NCBI GenBank assembly: GCA_964548195.1
Contig: CAZJQC010000003.1
Coordinates: forward strand, 1-12,381
Length of the DNA stretch: 12,381 nt
Direction: 5' to 3'
Source of the DNA: an uncultured bacterium
GTDB lineage: Bacteria > Macinerneyibacteriota > Macinerneyibacteria > Macinerneyibacteriales > DSCS01
In this document: one piece after another, positions 1 to 6,322 of the stretch
Layout of the letters: each line of letters starts with the position of its first letter
How positions within the stretch are numbered: the first letter of the stretch is position 1
Notes under the pieces: generated by a model
Databases searched by the model: none
What the model saw: only the letters and a program-made list of their open reading frames with translations
Told to the model about the DNA's origin: nothing
Made by a program: the position numbers and the translations under genes

Positions 1-76
1 CGGCGGCGGTCTTTTCCTCATGTCCGGACCTTTCAGCGATGGAATGGAGGATATGGCGCAGTTCCGTGATACACAC
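1..76 (-). CDS. N-terminus of a probable M20-family amidohydrolase (runs off the left edge)
   Basis: Not in the ORF track. GTG at 76-74 starts an open frame MCITELRHILHSIAERSGHEEKTAA, resembling the M20D N-terminal pattern 'LRRxLHxxPELSxxExxTA'. It begins 6 nt after the TAA (85-83) of the upstream gene, with a weak AAGGG SD-like sequence. Only 25 codons are visible. Confidence 0.7.
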   Translation of the reverse strand, partial: MCITELRHILHSIAERSGHEEKTAA

Positions 77-82
77 CGCCCT

Positions 83-1036
83 TTAGATGTTCAGGGGATA
101 CGTCAGCTTCAATTTGACCTTAAATCCCCTTTCGGCATCGGCGTCAGCCGGTTCATCCCCCTTGTTCGACGACCACCCGGAATAGACCGGTATGAATATG
201 CGGCATGTCGCCGTAAGGTTGCCGGCCATATAATACTTTGCAAAGGGTATCAGATCCAGTCCGCGCACCCCGGGCACATAAAAATCATAACCGTTGCCGT
301 CCACCCTGCTTTCCCCGACATTCACATATTTTAGTTTTACGCCTCCATAGAGAGCCTGTCTTATCCGCCTTGAAGCCTGCATATACATGCTGAAGACGTT
401 CCCGTACTCCATCGTCTCCGAGAAGGTGTCGGAATCATAGCTGCCTCGCGTGACATAATCCATGCCCCCCGAGACAGAGACCGACCCGATATTCTTTCTT
501 GCCCAAAGATTGAGTCCGAGATCGAATGTCCCGGTCCCGAGAGGCACTTCCCCGTTGCCGACATCAGTTTTGCCGGTGGGCAATTTGAAGTAAATGCCCG
601 CCAGCCAGGCTGCGAACGGGGATTTTCTGTAATAATCGGCGCCGAGGCTGATATCTCCCAAACCGCTTTTTTTACTTTCAGTGCCGTCAAGATACTCGAT
701 CGACCTTGACGTTATCGGGAGAAGAATACTCAGATTAAGATATTGCGGCGCATCTCCGAAAAAATTGACTTTTTTACCGTAATTGACTGGTATATTGAGC
801 GTTCTGACATTGGAGCTGAGCGCCAGCTCACATGATATGTCGGCGGAATCGCCCTCGGGCAGCATGTCTGCGGAATCAATGGACTCGGGAACGGCTTCCA
901 TAGCGTCCAATATGGAAAGGTCCATGACCGCATCCTCATCACCGTCCGTATGGCCGGGATAGATATAGTAATACTGAGCCGACACCGCGGCAGCGAAGAA
1001 GAATGCGAAAAGAGATAACACTATTATTTTTTTCAT
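83..1036 (-). CDS. Secreted, probable outer-membrane beta-barrel ('transporter' / Phenol_MetA_deg-like family)
   Basis: Signal peptide MKKIIVLSLFAFFFAAAVSA. Family-like motifs SGLGDISLG, FKLPTG and LGTGTFD. Alternating hydrophobic beta-strand pattern to the C-terminus (KVKLKLTYP). Strong SD AAGGAGG just upstream of the ATG. Confidence 0.7.
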   Translation of the reverse strand: MKKIIVLSLFAFFFAAAVSAQYYYIYPGHTDGDEDAVMDLSILDAMEAVPESIDSADMLPEGDSADISCELALSSNVRTLNIPVNYGKKVNFFGDAPQYLNLSILLPITSRSIEYLDGTESKKSGLGDISLGADYYRKSPFAAWLAGIYFKLPTGKTDVGNGEVPLGTGTFDLGLNLWARKNIGSVSVSGGMDYVTRGSYDSDTFSETMEYGNVFSMYMQASRRIRQALYGGVKLKYVNVGESRVDGNGYDFYVPGVRGLDLIPFAKYYMAGNLTATCRIFIPVYSGWSSNKGDEPADADAERGFKVKLKLTYPLNI

Positions 1037-1054
1037 ATGGCCTCCTTTTCTTGA

Positions 1055-1063
1055 AAGATATCA
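1055..1063 (-). promoter_or_regulatory. Possible extended -10 (TG-A-TATCTT) for the outer-membrane protein gene
   Basis: Minus strand reads GATGTGATATCTTTCAAGAAAAGGAGG, a TGn plus -10-like hexamer a few bases before the SD. An AT-rich tract lies upstream. Confidence 0.35.
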
Positions 1064-1111
1064 CATCTGGCGGATTTTTAAATATTAAAAACGGAGGCGA
1101 AAAGATTTTTA

Positions 1112-1139
1112 TTGTAAAACAGGCCGTCCGTAATATACT
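1112..1139 (+). promoter_or_regulatory. Putative sigma70 promoter for the ECF S-component gene
   Basis: TTGTAA (1112-1117), 16-nt spacer, TATACT (1134-1139), followed by SD AGGAG at 1150-1154. Confidence 0.45.
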
Positions 1140-1159
1140 TGAACGGCAAAGGAGTTCCC

Positions 1160-1735
1160 GTGAAGAAAGATATCAGGCGTCATCTTACCGTTGCTCTGGC
1201 CGCTTCATTCTCTTTTCTGCTGATGCTGATAGAGACTCCCCTGCCGGTATTTCCCGTATTTCTCAAGATGGACATATCCGACCTGCCGTCACTGATAGTG
1301 TCGCTGTCGCTTGGCCCGTTTTCGGGGGTGGCCGTGGAGTTCTTGAAAAACTTTATTCACGGAATTACGGTAGGCTCCACCGCGTACATAGGAGAGTGGG
1401 CGAACTTTCTGCTCGGCTCGGTCTTTGTACTCGTGGCCGGATCCATATTCAGAAGAAGAGATACACGCGGCGCGCTGATCTGGGGACTCTCCTCCGCCAC
1501 CATAGCGATGTCGCTCTGCGCATCCTTTTTGAACTACCTTGTACTGCTGCCTCTGTATGAAAAAGTCCTGGGCTTTCCCGTCGAGGCCGTGATAGCGGCG
1601 GCGTCAGAGGCCAACGGTATGATCGACACACCCTTTGCCCTGATACTCTGGGCAATACTGCCCTTCAATCTTTTAAAGGGCTTTATATTATCCGTAGCGG
1701 GTTATTACACAGCGAAAAAGATGCACATAATATGA
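1160..1735 (+). CDS. ribU: ECF transporter S component, riboflavin (RibU/FmnP-like)
   Basis: Small multi-TM protein with RibU-like motifs FLKMDISDLP, GPFSGVAVEFLKN, IGEWANF, NYLVLLPLY and ILPFNLLKG. Start moved from the TTG at 1139 to the in-frame GTG at 1160 because AGGAG lies at 1150-1154. Confidence 0.8.
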   Translation: MKKDIRRHLTVALAASFSFLLMLIETPLPVFPVFLKMDISDLPSLIVSLSLGPFSGVAVEFLKNFIHGITVGSTAYIGEWANFLLGSVFVLVAGSIFRRRDTRGALIWGLSSATIAMSLCASFLNYLVLLPLYEKVLGFPVEAVIAAASEANGMIDTPFALILWAILPFNLLKGFILSVAGYYTAKKMHII

Positions 1736-1764
1736 GAAGGCCGGCTTAAAAGCCGGCCTTCTCA
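1733..1764. terminator. Perfect inverted repeat between convergent genes; probable bidirectional terminator
   Basis: TGAGAAGGCCGGCT-TAAA-AGCCGGCCTTCTCA, with 14-bp perfect arms, overlapping the ribU stop and 22 nt from the TPR gene stop. Confidence 0.75.
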
Positions 1765-1786
1765 AGCGCATAACATCAAAAGCGGG

Positions 1787-2725
1787 TTATTTCGACGCTT
1801 TTTTCTCCAGAAGTTTTTCAAGGTATTCCTGGTCTCTGTATATCCTCATGAAGCCCGCCTTGCTGTCAGCATCGACCATCTTCCGTCTGTAGGTTATGGC
1901 GGAATCAAGATCGCCCATCTTTTCGTAGATAAAGGAAAGATTTTCAAAGTTGCTCACGATCTTCGAAAAGACACCGATCTTTTGATTTATCGCGAGTGAA
2001 TCCCTGTAGTACTGTATGGCCGTGTTCATCTTGCCCATGGTCTCATAGATGATGCCGAGATTCTGAAAGTCGTCGGCGAGATTACCTTTGTAAGGAAGCT
2101 GCGCATCATATTTGATGGCAAGGTTGAGGTAATCTATGGCCTTTTCATAGTCATCGGCATTATAATGGAATGAGGCAAGGTTGTTGTACGCGATGCCAAG
2201 CCCTTCTATGCTGTTCAGTTCCTGATTTGTCCAAAGAGCCTTTCTGTAAAAAAGCTGCGCGAACTTTTTGTTTCCCAGCACATAATAGATATTCGCGATA
2301 TTATTATACTCACGCGCCATGCCGTATTTGTTGCCGAACGCCTCATCAAGTATCAGGGCCTTTTGATAATATTTCAGGGCCTGGTCAAAATTGCCTTTCA
2401 ACTTGTAGATGACCCCGATATTGTTGTATGCCCATGAAATATTCTGTGTGTCTCTTTTATCATCGGCTATCTCTATGCCCTTTTTATAATGTTCTACGGC
2501 AGCGTCATAGTCTTCAAGGGCCATATAGGCCCTGCCCATGAGTATAAATGCCTTGGATTTTGTGTTTCCGTCATCAATAAGGGTCTCGGCAGTCCTGATC
2601 GCCTCGTTGTAATTACCGTTGTAGAACAGCTCTTCCGCCTTGTCGTATGTCTCATCGTAGGTCTGCGCGTAAACCACCGATCCGAAAGCCAACATCAACA
2701 CCATTAAAAACACGATCCTTCTCAT
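1787..2725 (-). CDS. Secreted tetratricopeptide-repeat (TPR) protein
   Basis: Signal peptide MRRIVFLMVLMLAFGSVVYA, then about 7 TPR-like repeats (e.g. WAYNNIGVIYKLKGNFDQALKYYQKAL; YNNIANIYYVLG; FQNLGIIYETMG). Start moved to the ATG at 2725 because SD AAGGAGG lies just upstream. Confidence 0.9.
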   Translation of the reverse strand: MRRIVFLMVLMLAFGSVVYAQTYDETYDKAEELFYNGNYNEAIRTAETLIDDGNTKSKAFILMGRAYMALEDYDAAVEHYKKGIEIADDKRDTQNISWAYNNIGVIYKLKGNFDQALKYYQKALILDEAFGNKYGMAREYNNIANIYYVLGNKKFAQLFYRKALWTNQELNSIEGLGIAYNNLASFHYNADDYEKAIDYLNLAIKYDAQLPYKGNLADDFQNLGIIYETMGKMNTAIQYYRDSLAINQKIGVFSKIVSNFENLSFIYEKMGDLDSAITYRRKMVDADSKAGFMRIYRDQEYLEKLLEKKASK

Positions 2726-2760
2726 ACGCACCTCCTTGTTTAGCGCTTCCTCACACATTC

Positions 2761-2789
2761 ATTATTATGTCGTGCAGTGCAGTATTCAA
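2761..2789 (-). promoter_or_regulatory. Putative weak sigma70 promoter of the TPR gene
   Basis: TTGAAT (2789-2784), a 16-17 nt spacer, then TAATAAT (2767-2761). Confidence 0.4.
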
Positions 2790-2793
2790 TGAG

Positions 2794-2826
2794 ACTTAAG
2801 TTCATCCTTTTATTTGATACTTAAGT
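2794..2826. promoter_or_regulatory. Two copies of the palindrome ACTTAAGT (2794-2801 and 2819-2826); candidate operators of the adjacent LuxR-HTH regulator
   Basis: An identical 8-bp perfect palindrome occurs twice, 25 bp apart, with partly symmetric flanks (ATGAG-ACTTAAGT-TCAT; TGAT-ACTTAAGT-GCCA), in the divergent intergenic region. Confidence 0.55.
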
Positions 2827-2841
2827 GCCATCCACGAAGGC

Positions 2842-2870
2842 TTGACACCCGGTTGCCCGCAGACTATCAT
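2842..2870 (+). promoter_or_regulatory. Near-consensus sigma70 promoter of the LuxR-type regulator
   Basis: TTGACA (2842-2847), 17-nt spacer, TATCAT (2865-2870). The ATG is 8 nt further on with no SD. Confidence 0.7.
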
Positions 2871-2878
2871 TATGGTAT

Positions 2879-3811
2879 ATGGAACATGCAACCATCCTTC
2901 TAATAGTTTTCAGTACGATCTTCGGCTCTGCTCTTATTGTAAGCCTGTTTCAGTTGAGGCAGACATTCAGATATCCACTTGTGGACCTTCTCTTTTTGTT
3001 TTACATCTCCGTCAACGGTTCATTGCTTATACGCCTTGCCGCGAAATACCTTGTAACCAACCTGCTTTATATAAATCAATTTGAGTCCTTTGTGTATATC
3101 AACATGCTTGTCACTGTTTTTCTGATTTTTTTTGCAGCAGCAGGCTCCTATTATTTTTCATTGATGGCATTCCGCATGGCCGGCCTGGAACAAAACAAAA
3201 GAATAGGCCGGGGCTATCTGATTCTGACATCCGCCCTCATCCCGTACTTAATATACTGCGTATACATCTACATCTTTTCAAAAAGCAGCATCACGCTGGG
3301 CAGATTCGCGGTCTTCTCCATACGCACATTCACGGCATTGAAAATAGCCGCCTCAGTGCTGCTCTTTATACGTGCTTCAAAGGTGTTGAAAAAGCATCGT
3401 AAAATACTCCTGCGGGAATTCGCTTTATTTTTTCTGACATTCACATCATATGAGTTTTTTATGATATCAGTACTCGGATACGGTTACAGGGGGCTGCATC
3501 TTTCATTATATTATCTTGTGATCAACCTGTTCCCGCTGATATTCCTGCGCTATTTCTTTGATCATTATTACGGGAAGACTGAGATGGACGCCAGGAAAAG
3601 GTCTTTGGTGGACGAACTGTTTGACAAGCACAATATCTCAAAAAGGGAGCGGGAGATCATAAGCTACATATGCGAGGGCATGAGCAACAAGGAGATAGCA
3701 TGGGACCTCTCCATCTCCGAACAGACTGTAAAACATCACGTTTACAATATCTATCAAAAAATGGGGATAAACAGCAGGGTCGAGATGATCAATATGATAC
3801 ACTCAGCCTGA
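2879..3811 (+). CDS. Membrane-embedded LuxR-family transcriptional regulator (~7 TM + C-terminal LuxR/GerE HTH)
   Basis: About seven hydrophobic segments in residues 1-230. The C-terminal ISKREREIISYICEGMSNKEIAWDLSISEQTVKHHVYNIYQKMGINSR is a canonical LuxR HTH. No receiver or AHL-binding domain is visible. Confidence 0.9.
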   Translation: MEHATILLIVFSTIFGSALIVSLFQLRQTFRYPLVDLLFLFYISVNGSLLIRLAAKYLVTNLLYINQFESFVYINMLVTVFLIFFAAAGSYYFSLMAFRMAGLEQNKRIGRGYLILTSALIPYLIYCVYIYIFSKSSITLGRFAVFSIRTFTALKIAASVLLFIRASKVLKKHRKILLREFALFFLTFTSYEFFMISVLGYGYRGLHLSLYYLVINLFPLIFLRYFFDHYYGKTEMDARKRSLVDELFDKHNISKREREIISYICEGMSNKEIAWDLSISEQTVKHHVYNIYQKMGINSRVEMINMIHSA

Positions 3812-3826
3812 TTTTTTTTTACAATA

Positions 3827-3849
3827 CATCTTCTAAGATGCTTTTGTTT
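3827..3849 (+). terminator. Possible weak intrinsic terminator after the regulator
   Basis: CATCTT-CT-AAGATG hairpin followed by CTTTTGTTT. The stem is AT-rich and weak. Confidence 0.25.
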
Positions 3850-3874
3850 CCGCTGATCCTGCTCCGGAGACGCT

Positions 3875-4621
3875 TCACCCTTTTTCTTCGCCGGCGAAAA
3901 GGGAATAAGCCGAACTCATGCCGATGCGGTCCGCACCCGCATCTCGCATCGCCTTTATATCCGCCATGGTCCGTATTCCGCCGGAGGCTTTCACACCGGC
4001 TGTGTTTCCGGCGACGTCTCTCAACAGTCCGACATCTTCCACGCTTGCCTGCCCGTTCACACCCGTGGAGGTCTTAAGGCAGTCCGCGCCTGCAAGCAGC
4101 GATATTATAGCCGCGTCCACCGCTGCGGTCTTCCCCAGCAATGAGGTCTCAAGTATTACTTTGGTATATATACCCGCCGAAGAGAGGACGCGAAGGTCTT
4201 CAAAGACATATTCATAGCGGCCGCTGAGGAACTTCCCCAGAGGCATTACAATATCGGCCTCATCCGCCCCGGCCGAGATCACTTCCCTGACAGCGGCCAT
4301 TCTGGACACTGTGCTTCCGGCTCCCAGCGGAAAATCGATCACCGAAGCTATTCTGAAAACCCGTTTATACGAGGCTCTGTCGGACGCACACAGATCCACC
4401 CACACCGGCGCCACACAGACAGCGCCGAACCCCATCTCGGCAGCCTCGTGACAAAGCCGCAGTACATCCTTTTCCGTGGTACCGGCCCTGAGGCATGTAT
4501 GGTCTATCATGGATCTGATGCCGGCAGCCAAAGATCTTTCTTCGCGGACACGCTCTCTCCTTGCAACTCCGAATCGCGACTCCCAATACCCGAATCGTTC
4601 CATAATAGTGTTCGATCGCAT
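3875..4621 (-). CDS. deoC: Deoxyribose-phosphate aldolase
   Basis: IDHT, AVCVAP, VIDFPLG, GADEADIV, KVILET, KTSTG (Schiff-base Lys), VKASGGIR and RIGMSS motifs. SD GGAGG at 4630-4626. Confidence 0.95.
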   Translation of the reverse strand: MRSNTIMERFGYWESRFGVARRERVREERSLAAGIRSMIDHTCLRAGTTEKDVLRLCHEAAEMGFGAVCVAPVWVDLCASDRASYKRVFRIASVIDFPLGAGSTVSRMAAVREVISAGADEADIVMPLGKFLSGRYEYVFEDLRVLSSAGIYTKVILETSLLGKTAAVDAAIISLLAGADCLKTSTGVNGQASVEDVGLLRDVAGNTAGVKASGGIRTMADIKAMRDAGADRIGMSSAYSLFAGEEKG

Positions 4622-4640
4622 ATGACCTCCTAATGGATTG

Positions 4641-4666
4641 AATATAGCATCATATTCTGCTATAAT
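4641..4666. promoter_or_regulatory. Back-to-back extended -10 promoters for deoC (minus) and the diguanylate cyclase (plus)
   Basis: Plus strand TGCTATAAT at 4658-4666 (perfect TGnTATAAT). Minus strand TGCTATATT at 4649-4641. Confidence 0.6.
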
Positions 4667-4683
4667 CCATCAGAGGTTTGAAT

Positions 4684-5586
4684 ATGAGACATAATGACCG
4701 TTGCCTGAAAATACTGGATGAGATGTCCGAAGGCATATATTTCGTCGACATGGAACGGCGCATCGTCTTCTGGAACAAAGGCGCCGAAGCCATAACCGGA
4801 TTCAACTCCGCCGAAGTCACCGGCAGCCTTTGCTACGACAACATACTCAGACACATAGACGAGTTCGGCGTGAACCTCTGTCAAAACGGATGTCCCCTGC
4901 AACACACTCTGGACAAAGGGCTGCCGAATACCGCCGACGTTTATCTTCACCACAAGGACGGCCACAGAATACCTGTGCATGTATCCATATCCCCCTCTTA
5001 TGACGGCTCCGGACGCATAAACGGCGCGGTGGAGATCTTCTTCAACAACAGCGCAAGGTCCGCACTCATAGAGGAAGTCGACAGATTGAGGTCGCAGGCA
5101 TTGTTCGACAACCTTACCGGACTGCCCAACAGAAGGTTTCTCGACATGACCATGAGCACAAGGATGGGAGAGTTCAGCCGCTACGGGGTCGAGACCGGCA
5201 TATTGTTCGTCGACATAGATGATTTTAAAGGAATAAACGACAGCTTTTCCCATCTCGCCGGGGACAAGATACTCTCCATAATCAGCAAGACATTAAACGG
5301 AAACGTTCGGAACAACGATTTTGTCGGCCGCTGGGGGGGAGATGAGTTTCTGATCATACTCAGCCGTATAGATATTGAAATACTCCAGCGTATCGCGAAT
5401 AAACTGATCACACTTGTGAGCAGTTCCTCCTACTATGACGACGACGGACGGAGCATTCCCGTTTCAATATCCGCCGGAGGCACGGTAGCGCAACCCGGCG
5501 ACACCGTGATGTCCATATTCTCCCGGGCGGACAAGCTTCTCTATGAAAGCAAACAAAACGGTAAAAACAGGGTGTCCGTGCGATGA
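4684..5586 (+). CDS. PAS-GGDEF diguanylate cyclase
   Basis: N-terminal PAS (EGIYFVD...WNKGAEAITGF...HKDGHRIPV). DNLTGLPNRR, VDIDDFKGIND, an intact GGDEF site (GRWGGDEF) and an RxxD I-site (RNND) five residues upstream. ATG 4684 follows GAGG at 4673-4676. Confidence 0.93.
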   Translation: MRHNDRCLKILDEMSEGIYFVDMERRIVFWNKGAEAITGFNSAEVTGSLCYDNILRHIDEFGVNLCQNGCPLQHTLDKGLPNTADVYLHHKDGHRIPVHVSISPSYDGSGRINGAVEIFFNNSARSALIEEVDRLRSQALFDNLTGLPNRRFLDMTMSTRMGEFSRYGVETGILFVDIDDFKGINDSFSHLAGDKILSIISKTLNGNVRNNDFVGRWGGDEFLIILSRIDIEILQRIANKLITLVSSSSYYDDDGRSIPVSISAGGTVAQPGDTVMSIFSRADKLLYESKQNGKNRVSVR

Positions 5587-6260
5587 TAGTACCCTGGGGC
5601 TCGATCGTCAATGCTGCGGCTGTCATAGCCGGAAGCGCGGCAGGACTGCTCGCCGGTTCAAGATACCCGGAGTCCGTAAGAAAGATCGTCATGGATGCCG
5701 TCGGGCTGGTCAGCATATATTTGGGTATCAGCATGAGCCTTAAGACGGCTGATCCACTTATTATGATATTCAGCCTGCTTATCGGGGGCATCATCGGACA
5801 CGCCGCCGGCTTTCAGCGCCTGACAGACAGGTTGTCACAAAAAAAATCCGGAGGTTTTTACAGCGGTGATTTTTTTGAGGGACTTCTGACAGCCTTTCTG
5901 ATCTTCTGCATGGGCTCAATGACCATAGTCGGCGCGATCCAGGAAGGGATAAACGGCAAAGCCGATCTGATCCTGGCCAAATCCCTTCTGGACGGGTTCA
6001 CGTCCATTGCACTGGCATCGGCCTTCGGCAGAGGCGTGCTGTTCTCATCGGTGCCGCTGCTGCTCTTTCAGGGAGGGCTTACCGTCGCCGCTTCTCTGGC
6101 GGGAGACGCTCTTTCGCCCGGGATCATCTCTAATCTCACCGGGACCGGCGGCATACTGATACTGGGACTGGCTCTAAAGATACTCAATATACGGGACATC
6201 GCCATAATCGATTACATCCCGTCATTGTTTTTAGCAGTTCTTTTTACGATTGTCTTCTGA
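5583..6260 (+). CDS. DUF554-family membrane protein (YdfK/YqgA-like)
   Basis: Motifs GSIVNAAAVIAGS, FCMGSMTIVG, KSLLDGFTSIALASAFGRGV, FQGGLT and GGILILGLAL. Its start overlaps the cyclase stop (ATGA, 5583-5586). Confidence 0.88.
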   Translation: MIVPWGSIVNAAAVIAGSAAGLLAGSRYPESVRKIVMDAVGLVSIYLGISMSLKTADPLIMIFSLLIGGIIGHAAGFQRLTDRLSQKKSGGFYSGDFFEGLLTAFLIFCMGSMTIVGAIQEGINGKADLILAKSLLDGFTSIALASAFGRGVLFSSVPLLLFQGGLTVAASLAGDALSPGIISNLTGTGGILILGLALKILNIRDIAIIDYIPSLFLAVLFTIVF

Positions 6261-6296
6261 CGCGCAGCACCCTGTTTCAATACGATATCGGCATAT

Positions 6297-6322
6297 AAAA
6301 AAGCGGCTCAGTCGGAGGCCGC
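6297..6322 (-). terminator. Probable intrinsic terminator overlapping the stop of the thioredoxin-NHL gene
   Basis: Minus strand GCGGCCTC-CGACT-GAGCCGC (7 bp, one bulge) is followed directly by TTTTTT. Confidence 0.5.

Noticed and set aside
20..334. Plus-strand 104-aa ORF
   Set aside because: It lies antisense to the barrel gene and the amidohydrolase start, has no recognisable motifs, and the minus-strand frames explain the sequence.
1003..1560. 185-aa ORF overlapping ribU on the same strand
   Set aside because: Alternative frame with no SD and low-information Arg/Ser-rich composition. The other frame matches RibU throughout, so no frameshift is needed.
1787..2725. RRNPP (Rap/PlcR/NprR) quorum-sensing receptor
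   Set aside because: RRNPP receptors are cytoplasmic and usually have an adjacent small peptide gene. This protein has a signal peptide, and only about 50 bp with a hairpin follow it.
3812..3820. T9 homopolymer after the regulator stop codon
   Set aside because: It is outside coding and promoter sequence, so not a phase-variation site, and no hairpin directly precedes it.
3670..4077. 135-aa ORF bridging the regulator and deoC
   Set aside because: It overlaps two well-supported genes and has no motifs.
4660..5253. 197-aa antisense ORF within the cyclase
   Set aside because: A shadow ORF opposite a clear PAS-GGDEF gene, with no independent signals.
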